Positions 1-8,871 of a stretch of DNA of 57,162 bases are shown here, in pieces. The notes beneath the pieces are model-generated. The model saw only the letters and a list, made by a program, of their open reading frames with translations. It was not told the DNA's origin and searched no databases. This DNA is from Craspedostauros australis (lineage: Eukaryota), in assembly GCA_030167865.1 (NCBI GenBank), contig JALAGF010002951.1, positions 1 to 57,162 on the forward strand. The letters run 5' to 3'. A program made the position numbers and the translations under genes. How positions within the stretch are numbered: the stretch's first letter is position 1; each line of letters starts with the position of its first letter.

Positions 1-1
1 T

Positions 2-1258
2 CCAGACGGCCGGATCGATGGCATAGTTATCGCCCTTGTACCCATCTCCGAGCAACCAACGATTCGCCTCGTCCCAACGATCAACATCAATCACTCCGTA
101 TCGATCTGCCTGAAACGTGCCCTTCACCTGATCGTTGCACAGACGCGTCATCTCCACATCGTACTCGCGCTGTGTCTCGTTCGACGATCCACGATACCAG
201 TGATCCACATCACCGAGCTCGCCGTCGGCCGTGCTGTTCACATCCAGCAAACGCTTCTGAGCCTCGAGGACCTGCTCGGCGGCAAGCTCAGGATGACGGA
301 TGGCATGCTCCCAGCCTTCGAACGTGGCCTGCAAGAACGCCTTCACCACATCGCGTCGATCATCATCACCGCTCAGGCACTCGTCGCCAGTGAACACCAT
401 CTGACCGTATCCAAGCTTTGTGGCTCCACCAGCAACGCCGCCACCTGCACTGCCACTTGCCATACCTTCCAACACTGTCACCTCCAGCTTCTTGCCTGCC
501 AAAGCAGGATCATCGCGCAGCATGCGCTCGATGGTCGGCACCTCGGTGGTGGTGTAGGCCTGGATGCCCGTCACAGAACCGTTGATGAGAAGATCGGTCA
601 GTTTGCTGGCTCGTGGACTGGCGATGACCTTGTCGTTGGGGAACAGCCTCTGCAGCAGCTCCACGGTGTCCTCATGAGCTCCGATCACACGCGGAGATGG
701 TGCATCCTTGAGGAAGGCCACGCACAACGGCGAATGATGGAACATGGCTGCCACAGCGGTGGTGCGGAGATGAGGATTGGCCGCGAGGGTTGGTGTGAAG
801 ATGTTCTGTTCCACGGTTCCAACCGCCACATGGGATGGGTTGTCGTTGAGATGCTGTCGCACTCTGCCTTGCTCTTCACCTGGAAGGCATGTTGGGAGGA
901 GGTTGAGGTTCTGGATGCCGTGCTTTGCGTACAGATCATTGACAACCGCAGATGCGACTCCTGCGAACTGTGGTGAGAGGTAGTAGTCCAGCTGCACAGT
1001 GATGGAGTCGGTTGGGCCCGTGGTTGCGGCTGCAGTTGAGAATGGCAGATGGGCGCAAGCTCGTGGGGAGGACTTCAAGGGAGAGCGAAGGAAGGAGGAC
1101 CCGTTGCTGACACCACCACCACCAGCAGCAGCAGCAGTGGTAGTTGCAGTGGTAGTTGCAGTGGCAGTTGAGGCTGCCCTTGCCCTTGCCTTTGCTGCAG
1201 TTGCAGTTGCAGAAGCAACTGTGGACCTTTCTCGCAAAATGGATGCAACGCGCCACAT
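2..1258 (-). CDS. NMT1/THI5-like (SsuA/ThiY-type substrate-binding fold) protein with mitochondrial-type presequence; 3'-partial, continues beyond the left edge
   Basis: Hand translation from ATG 1258 is open to the window edge with no stop, which is why it is absent from the ORF track: MWRVASILRERSTVASATATAAKARARAAST...ITVQLDYYLSPQFAGVASAVVNDLYAKHGI...IQAYTTTEVP...LGYGQMVFTGD...VKAFLQATFEGWEHAIRHPELAAEQV...AIDPAVW. The LDY..SPQFAG...LY...G and F..AT..GW..AI.HPE.AA segments match the NMT1/THI5 family pattern. The N-terminus is R/A/S/T-rich and nearly free of acidic residues. Confidence 0.85.
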   Translation of the reverse strand, partial: MWRVASILRERSTVASATATAAKARARAASTATATTTATTTAAAAGGGGVSNGSSFLRSPLKSSPRACAHLPFSTAAATTGPTDSITVQLDYYLSPQFAGVASAVVNDLYAKHGIQNLNLLPTCLPGEEQGRVRQHLNDNPSHVAVGTVEQNIFTPTLAANPHLRTTAVAAMFHHSPLCVAFLKDAPSPRVIGAHEDTVELLQRLFPNDKVIASPRASKLTDLLINGSVTGIQAYTTTEVPTIERMLRDDPALAGKKLEVTVLEGMASGSAGGGVAGGATKLGYGQMVFTGDECLSGDDDRRDVVKAFLQATFEGWEHAIRHPELAAEQVLEAQKRLLDVNSTADGELGDVDHWYRGSSNETQREYDVEMTRLCNDQVKGTFQADRYGVIDVDRWDEANRWLLGDGYKGDNYAIDPAVW

Positions 1259-2215
1259 CTCAAGCTACTCAACGTCTGTCTCGATCAATTGATTGACCAA
1301 TTGATTGACCAATGGATAGATGATGATGTGAACGTGAAGCTCCACAAGAACGATGCAAGGTAGAAAGGGTACCAAAGGCCCTTGATCGCTTTTTATGGCG
1401 CCGCATGGACAATAATTCTCCACCAACCTCTCAATCGCGACATTTCCCACAATGGTGACTGTGGTTTTCGCCTGTTCTGTCGCTTTGTTTCTTGACGCAA
1501 TTCTGGTGATTCGAGCGTGTTGTTGTGGTCATCGTGATCGACTCTCACGTCATTCGTCTCGCAACTGTGTGAGCTCATTGGTTGTCACCTTGAAGTTTGC
1601 GTTCGTCAGTAGTGCGACCGAAGATCACAAGTTGGCCACAGAATCGTCCAATCAAAACGTCCGCAGCAGTTGAAGATGTCATCGCCTCATTTTTTTGCAA
1701 ATTCGCCATTTGCGCGAATTTGGTGCTGGCATTTCCTCTGTTGTTTGTGGATTCCACGCGACAGTGCTCGGCGACGCAACTGCCCATCCTTTGTGGGTAT
1801 GGTACGGCTACATCATCAGGTCTTTTGGATTCGACCAGAGAGATTTACCATCAACGTCGCCATCATCAATCCATGCATACCAGTGCACTATTATTGAAGT
1901 CTGGTTGTTGGTTTGCGCTGAGTTTGAAATGCCAAAGACAACATGCTCTGCATCTCCTTCTCACATTGAGTGGCGGAGTTGCGAGACTTGCAAACGAGCG
2001 AAGCGAGTTGGCCTGAAAGACAAGAGCCTTGGGCGCCAGTTCCCCACTGGGATTTGATGAAAGTGCGAAAGCCGATCCCATAGTACTGCACGACTCAACT
2101 GATCTGGCTCGTACGGAAATGATTGGGATAGAGTGGGACCATCCATCCCGCTGGTCGTTTATACCGTTCCACTCTTCCTAGGATAATACTCGCACCTACT
2201 TGTACATATGATAAT

Positions 2216-3928
2216 CTAGTCCCAGTCTCGGGCCAGGCTTTCGTACAGCTGCTCCATAGTTCGGACGCCGTCAAACAACCTCTCCATGTCCAGGGTACAG
2301 TACTCTCGCTTCTTGTTCACGATGCGTTGAAATGATGCCCGGTGCGCTGCCTCACCTTTCGGCGTGGCGTACCATTCCGGCATCCACTTGCGTTCCAGAG
2401 CGAGGGACAACTCCAGCAACTGGTCGAGCTCCTCCTGCTTGGGGCACTTCAATGGAAAATCCGCGAACGTCTTGTTCAGATCCGTCCCGTGATAACTCGC
2501 CAGCTTCCCCGCCATGCCGGGCCTCGCCCTCTTCGCCTGCATGGCCGCGTTGATCACGCCACGTTGAGCGGCCGTGTAGGCGATGTCGTTGTACGCAAAC
2601 CACGACATGCTGCGCACGTTTCGCGGCGGTTCCTCCGTGCGGTTGTTCAGATACTCGCAGGCTCTGGGAGCATCCTGGATGAAATCGCACATCAGCTGCT
2701 TCGTGATCTGGCGTTCCGAGTGCATGTTCATGATGTGCACACGAAAACCGGCATCCCTCCATTTGGTAGCAATTCCGTCGAGGTAGATCCAGATGTAGGC
2801 CACCATCATCTGCTGGCCGTAGATCCGCGAGGAATCCCTGCTGATTGCAAGCCAATCCTGGATGGTCGGCCATGTCGCGTTGTGCGGTTTGCCGCCCTTC
2901 GAGGGCCATTTCATGCACTGTTTCGGCTCGTATCGGATCGCCTGCATGTTGAACTGCTTGACGCTGCTGAGGATCCATTCCGCGAAACGTCGGTACGTGA
3001 GCACCACGGTGACGTTGAGGCCCTGCGTCAGATCTTTCAGGTTCTCGAAATAGATCGGATCGCTGTAGACCGCGTCCCGTTCATACAGTTCCGTGATGGA
3101 ATATAGCTCGTTGCTGATGATCAAGGACATTCCCGTCTTCTTCAGCTTGTTGAACAGCAGCTTCGTCATTCGGATGCAGGCGGGAGCGTGCGCTCTTGCT
3201 CTTTTCACGGGGTCCTCGATGCGCTGCTTCTTCCGGACGAACCTAGCGTACTCGCCAAGCATGCAGTCTTTATCCCACATCTGCGCCACAGAATCAATGT
3301 CCTTGTTTTTAAACACGCCATGGTAGTGGCTGATTCCCCACTGAAGGTACTTGTCTTCATCCGCGAGTATCGAGGTCTTCGCGAGTTGCCTCATGTCGAT
3401 CTGCAACGTGGTCGTCGCAGTCTTGGCCGGTCCAAGGTGCAAGATCAGCTGAGATTGCTTGGGCGGGTCCTGCACTTGCTCCCCTTGTGCCTGCAGATGA
3501 TCGTCAGGTTGCTGATCCTGCATCGCATCCTGCACCGCATCTCCTGGCAAAGACACAGCGACGGAAGCAGGCGCGTTTCCGATGTCCTTCGCAGCTCCAT
3601 CTATTGGCATGCGCCTATTCGACACCAGGGGGATCTCGTTCGCGTCACCCGCCGGCTGAGTCATGGAAGAGAGTCTGGAAACACTCCAGACGTTGCACAG
3701 GACGGAGACCGCAAGGAAGAAGGCTAGGATCATGATCGACAGCGATCGTATTGATCGCCGTTTTGGACGATGCTTATGGCTAGACTGGCTTGGGCGATCG
3801 TTTGCGTCACCTTGGCCAGGACCGTGACCGCGATAGTCACCATCACGGATCTCGGTCTTCGACTTGGACTTGGTGCGTCCGCCATCATCGCGGATACGCT
3901 TGCTGGGCTTCTTTGACGTGCCGGCCAT
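2216..3928 (-). CDS. Type II membrane (Golgi-like) sulfotransferase-like / P-loop protein, about 570 aa
   Basis: Single long ORF; first ATG at 3928 (MAGTSKK). Basic cytosolic tail, one TM helix (IMILAFFLAVSVLCNVWSV), stem, then LILHLGPAKTATTTLQ (5'-PSB loop-like), LIISNELY and VVLTYRRFAEWILSS (3'-PB-like), the pattern of PAPS sulfotransferase-like families. Confidence 0.7.
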   Translation of the reverse strand: MAGTSKKPSKRIRDDGGRTKSKSKTEIRDGDYRGHGPGQGDANDRPSQSSHKHRPKRRSIRSLSIMILAFFLAVSVLCNVWSVSRLSSMTQPAGDANEIPLVSNRRMPIDGAAKDIGNAPASVAVSLPGDAVQDAMQDQQPDDHLQAQGEQVQDPPKQSQLILHLGPAKTATTTLQIDMRQLAKTSILADEDKYLQWGISHYHGVFKNKDIDSVAQMWDKDCMLGEYARFVRKKQRIEDPVKRARAHAPACIRMTKLLFNKLKKTGMSLIISNELYSITELYERDAVYSDPIYFENLKDLTQGLNVTVVLTYRRFAEWILSSVKQFNMQAIRYEPKQCMKWPSKGGKPHNATWPTIQDWLAISRDSSRIYGQQMMVAYIWIYLDGIATKWRDAGFRVHIMNMHSERQITKQLMCDFIQDAPRACEYLNNRTEEPPRNVRSMSWFAYNDIAYTAAQRGVINAAMQAKRARPGMAGKLASYHGTDLNKTFADFPLKCPKQEELDQLLELSLALERKWMPEWYATPKGEAAHRASFQRIVNKKREYCTLDMERLFDGVRTMEQLYESLARDWD

Positions 3929-5791
3929 GGTTGTCTTATCTTCGTGCGACCGCTCCTCCCACACCTGCTTCACACTGGAGACGGTGGTGACATCGGCGAT
4001 GCCCGAGCAGCTGCAGGCAATGACTGTATGGGACCCGAGCGTGTACGTGCACTGAGTATGTGCTATACAATAATATTATATGTTTGTGGAGTACGTGGAG
4101 TATGAAGTGTATGAGACTGGCAGGTGTTGCAGCACCAGAATGGCGAGAGAACCACGGAGCATTGGTGACCAGCGCGGACCATACTCGCACACAACAAGTA
4201 ATCGCAGGAGCATTGGTTGTTCCAATGACCCTGGCGACCGCGACGTTGGTGGTGATGCCAACAGGCACATCAACCACAGGAAACCGTCCGAGGGAGGTCG
4301 TTCACGAGTTCATGGCATAATCGAATCCCGATTGCTTCCGTTTTGGTCGACGAGAACAACCTTGGCAATTCAACGGTCATGTTGGCCGTTATTTATACAT
4401 GACTTGTTTTGAAACGTGCCACATAGGGATTCACGGCAAATACATAATTATCCATAAATTGAGACACACGATGAGTGGACAATTGGAGAAAAGAACGCAA
4501 CCAGCCCATCACGATCACAGCAAGATCTCCACCGAACTTTGCCTTTCACGTCTGTGAGCTGGAAGAACGAAGGATCGGGATGGGATGGATGCTTCCACAC
4601 AACAACACCGTGGCAAAGTATTGCTCTTGTCCATCGCGGGTGAGACCAGTGGCACCAAGAGAATCGATAGCATGTCGCCCAGAAATGCAAATTCCAACGA
4701 TCGAAAGCGTCGCGATCGCGGGGTGGCGTGCTTTGCGCCATCTCTCTCTCTCTCTCTCTCCGCATTGCGATCATCGCTTCACCTCCATACCTCGCACGCA
4801 CCAGTACGCTTCAGCATTGCTTGCGAATCCTGCTACTGCTGCTGTTGCTGTTGCTGTTGCTGTTGTTGCCGTTTTTAATCTCGTGACTCAAGATGTCGTA
4901 TGTCCCGTTCAGCCACAAAGAGTTCAGCTTTGTGATCGTTGCGCAGCGTGCGGAGCGCTGGCGATGTCTTGGGTCGTTTGCCGCTGTCACATCAGAGTGA
5001 TCCCTTGCACCATGGACGGGAGACAAATATGTATATATATATGGAGCCGGATTCAGACAAGGGAGAATGCTGGACTCTGCTGTTGCCGACACACAAGCAT
5101 GGGCACCATACGAGCCACTCTTGACAGGACCGGTTCTTCCTTCTGAATTGTCACTGACTTGTGCATCTACGCGAGAACAGCAAGGATCACTCCACAGTCG
5201 CGTTGTCGCCAGGTTTGTCGGTCGTCACGTGCTGTGCGACATCATGCAGAGCACAAAGAAGGAGAAGGTGCAGACGAGAGGCCAGGACAGAATCGGACGG
5301 GATGCAATGTCAATGGATGATGTGATAGCACCACTTGGTCTTACAACTATGCAACGAGGCAGCAGGGGCCGGCGGAAGCTTCAAGTTTCACATCGTGGGT
5401 GCGTGGTTGGCGAGGCGCAGAACCGGGAATGGATGCAGCGCCAAGTGGGAGAATCATCCTTCACTCCACTTTCTGATGCGATCGCCGATCGCCGATTGTG
5501 GATTGCGGGTTGGCGATTGCTGCTTCTTGTGAGGCAGATAGTGCTCTCTCTCTCTCTCTTTCTCATGCCGCATGCCGCATGCTGCATGGCCTGCCATGTA
5601 CATCAGGGCGAGTCGTCGCACCCCAGACGCATGGTACTACCAACAGTGCCATTGATTTGGTGTTGGGTCTGGTGCTGGTGTTGGCGCTGGGATTGGTGTT
5701 GACGAAGATGGAGATGGCTCAGGTGATCAAAGATACCTCCCACACATGCCGCAGCTCGTAGCTGGCACATCCCTTGCCTCCGACCTCGGAG

Positions 5792-5828
5792 GTTGTGCCC
5801 TAGATGTTGTGCCCTAGATGTTGCGCCC
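5792..5828. repeat. 14-bp tandem repeat GTTGTGCCCTAGAT x2 plus a partial copy
   Basis: Read directly from the sequence. Confidence 0.85.
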
Positions 5829-7134
5829 ATGAACGCTTTCTCGTCAGTGGGACATCAGACACGCAAACCAAGACAACGAGGCATAGCACGTGAGGCATGG
5901 AGTGGCTAAACCGCCTCCTCGAACTCAATCACGAAAGCGAAAGCGTGACAACAGTGTCTTGTTCCCTTTGTTCGTTGTTCGCTGGCGCGACATTGTTGCT
6001 GTTTTGGATCCAGGAGGTGGTGCCGAGACAAGGGAGGAGCTGGCATCTTTTGACATCGTTGTCGAAGTCCGAGCAGAGTACCAGCAGGGTACGTATGACT
6101 ACTCTGCTCCGCCCCGTTTTTATCGCTGTGCAGAATAGCGCGGTTCGTGATGCGCTGTTTGGATTTGCGAGCGGATGTCCTCTTACTGGGATTGTACGTT
6201 TGCTGCCGTTGGACATTTGTGACTCACAGAAATGTCGTGGTGTCTCTGCGTTATGTTCCTTCCCGGTGACCAGGAACCCATCGGACAGAACTGCTACAAC
6301 AAGACTTCGTATGATTGCACAAAAGTTGATTCGACGACTAAGCAAGACCAACGAGGCTGTTGAAGAATCACGAGTAAGTGGGCATAGGACACGATATGCT
6401 TTGTCCGATAGCCAATCATATCGTTGTTTCGGTTGAAGGCTTTTCTCAATGTTCGTGTCATGGACATTTCGGACATGCATCGATGCTTTCGCCGCTCAGA
6501 TTTTTGTAGTCGTGAACTCTGTTTGCATGGCTTTCATTGAACTTCTGACCAAACAAGAGTGTGTCCACACCAATCTCGGAACCACATCCCCACCGACTTC
6601 ACACTCAAGGCGATCTATCACGTGGTAGTTGATGGCATCGGCACCATCAGGACAAATGTGCTCTCTGTCGTCGCCTCGCGAAAGAGACATCACTGCACTG
6701 GTTCAACTTCGGCTCAGCGGTCGCACTCGCAGCTCATACATAGTCCTGTCTGCTTCAATGTCCACGAGAGGTTCAACTTCACAACTCCAAGGGCCGTTCG
6801 TGTACGCAACACCACAACACCACAACACCACAACACCACAAGGATCGTCAGGAGCAAAGAACAGCGCGTAGCACAACATAACACAACACAACATAACACC
6901 GCATCGCATCGCTGGCTGGTTGAAGTGGGACAGGTGAAGCGTCAGACATCAATCTGTCTGGTTTGCCTCCTCCGCTCACAAAATCGAGATCCTGCACACT
7001 CGCGAGCGCAACTTTACTCAACCCAATTGAGCACGACAGCTTCACAAACAACACACAGCAATACCGCACACCACACACCACACACCACACACCATACACC
7101 ATACATCATACACCACACACCATACACAACAACC

Positions 7135-8445
7135 ATGATGAAGCAATACGAATCCATCATCAACGCAGCCTACCTCAACGAGCGTGGCGTTCACTTCCTC
7201 AAGACCGGCAACTATCAGGATGCAACATCCCTCTTCACGCAGGCGCTCAAGCTGGCTGGTGGAAAGCTGGATGTTCCGAGCATGAGCCCATCGATGCTGG
7301 CATCCGCAAGCCCCGCGCAGGCATCCGCACGGGCATCCATGCAGACAGCTGTTCCAGCACCAGCACCAGCACCAGCAACAGCAACAGCAACAACACCATC
7401 ATCAACGACAGCGACGACACTTGCCGCGGCTCCTTTCGAGAAGGCTGCGCAGCAACCGCATCTCGCACAGGGACACCTCGGCGGGCAGAGAACTATAGAT
7501 GCAGGTGCGGATGATTTCGCCGATATGGAAATGGACATGGACATGGATGATGAAGATGAATATGAGATCCCAGGAGATTCCTGCTCGTCATTGTCGTCCT
7601 CCTTCTGCTGCTGCTGTAACTCCTGCCACGGATGCTCTGCAGACTTGCTGCAATCGAATGATTCCAGCCACGGATCGTGCGCATCTCAGTCATCATTCCA
7701 TTCCTGGTCTGGTTCGGTGTCCGCAGACAACAAGCAGCAGGTGCACCACCATCCAAACCACCAACAAGAGCGGCAGCAACGCCAGCAGATCCAGCATCAG
7801 CAGGAGCAGGCGGTCACCTTCTATGATGACTCAGGATTCGTCGATAGAAGCCCCATCGCCTTCCTCCCTAGCCCATGGGATTCCCCATACCAAACCAAGG
7901 TGCGCCTTTGCGTCACCACCATCTACAACTACGCCTTGACGTTCCACCTGGGCAGCAGCATCGAGAGTGAGAGCTACGTCTCGGACCTCTACAAGGCAAT
8001 CCAGCTCTACGAGTTGGCATGCCGCCTGCACATGCAGTCCGACCTGGACATGGGCTGGGACTTCCGCCTCAAGGTGGTCAACAACCTCGGCCATGCCTAC
8101 CGATTGTTGGGCGACGATGAAGCTTCGGACGAGAACTTCCAGGATCTTCTCAGCTGCATCCTCTACCTCCACTACTCGTCTAGCACCATGCCAAACGGAG
8201 CCAACAACTTGGCGTCCGCAACCAACGGAGGCGTGCAATCCGTTGTATCTAATAACCAAACCGAAGCAACCGCAGCTGCGACTGCACCCGCAACCACGAA
8301 CGCATCCGACGGCCTGGCCTCGCAGCGGCTAAGATCCAACTTCCTCAATGCCAACACGAATGCGGGAAGGAGCTCCAAGCTGGAAGGCTTCTTCGAGAAC
8401 CTCAGCTACCTCATCCTCCGCGAGGAAGTCGCTGCTGCTGCCTAA
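7135..8445 (+). CDS. Uncharacterised TPR-like helical protein, paralog A (436 aa), C-terminus ...EEVAAAA
   Basis: First ATG at 7135, after a CA-rich leader. Motifs LNERGVHFLKTGNYQDATSLFTQAL, IYNYALTFHL, LYELA, VVNNLGHAYRLLGD and EGFFENL are collinear with the paralog at 30985. Confidence 0.8.
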   Translation: MMKQYESIINAAYLNERGVHFLKTGNYQDATSLFTQALKLAGGKLDVPSMSPSMLASASPAQASARASMQTAVPAPAPAPATATATTPSSTTATTLAAAPFEKAAQQPHLAQGHLGGQRTIDAGADDFADMEMDMDMDDEDEYEIPGDSCSSLSSSFCCCCNSCHGCSADLLQSNDSSHGSCASQSSFHSWSGSVSADNKQQVHHHPNHQQERQQRQQIQHQQEQAVTFYDDSGFVDRSPIAFLPSPWDSPYQTKVRLCVTTIYNYALTFHLGSSIESESYVSDLYKAIQLYELACRLHMQSDLDMGWDFRLKVVNNLGHAYRLLGDDEASDENFQDLLSCILYLHYSSSTMPNGANNLASATNGGVQSVVSNNQTEATAAATAPATTNASDGLASQRLRSNFLNANTNAGRSSKLEGFFENLSYLILREEVAAAA

Positions 8446-8871
8446 ACCTCCTGGTACTGCAACAGTCTCAAAACCAATACTCTCAGGCGTATGGTATGAT
8501 AGAACACAGTACGAGTGGAGCAGAATACGGCAGCATAACTTTTGACCACAACAATTTTGAATCAAATCACAACAAGCATAGTACCACCTCATCTTGGATT
8601 GCTGCTATCGTCGTTGGATGAGCTATGAGTCTTGCAAGATCGGCGGACTTGTTCCACTCTACCAGTACGAGGATGCTGGCATATAATGGTGTATTGTATT
8701 ATATAATATTATAGAATATATACTATTCAAGTGTGACATGGATTCTACAAATCCCACATGGTTCCCATGTTGTCACGTCATGTAGTTTGAAGAACTCGCA
8801 AGTGGAATCTACTCGCACGGCATGGCATTATACTTCCGAGGATGCACACGCTGCAGAACTTTGCATCAGAG

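Noticed and set aside
200..976. 258-aa plus-strand ORF
   Set aside because: Antisense shadow of the THI5-like gene on the minus strand; it has no recognisable motifs of its own.
1698..1722. Perfect 9-bp hairpin CAAATTCGC-N7-GCGAATTTG upstream of the THI5-like gene, considered as part of a TPP riboswitch
   Set aside because: No CUGAGA or other TPP aptamer core seen nearby on the sense strand; an isolated short stem is expected by chance.
6559..7134. 192-codon in-frame extension upstream of TPR-like paralog A
   Set aside because: Non-ATG start; CA-rich simple repeats lack stops by composition; paralog B begins at the position equivalent to ATG 7135.
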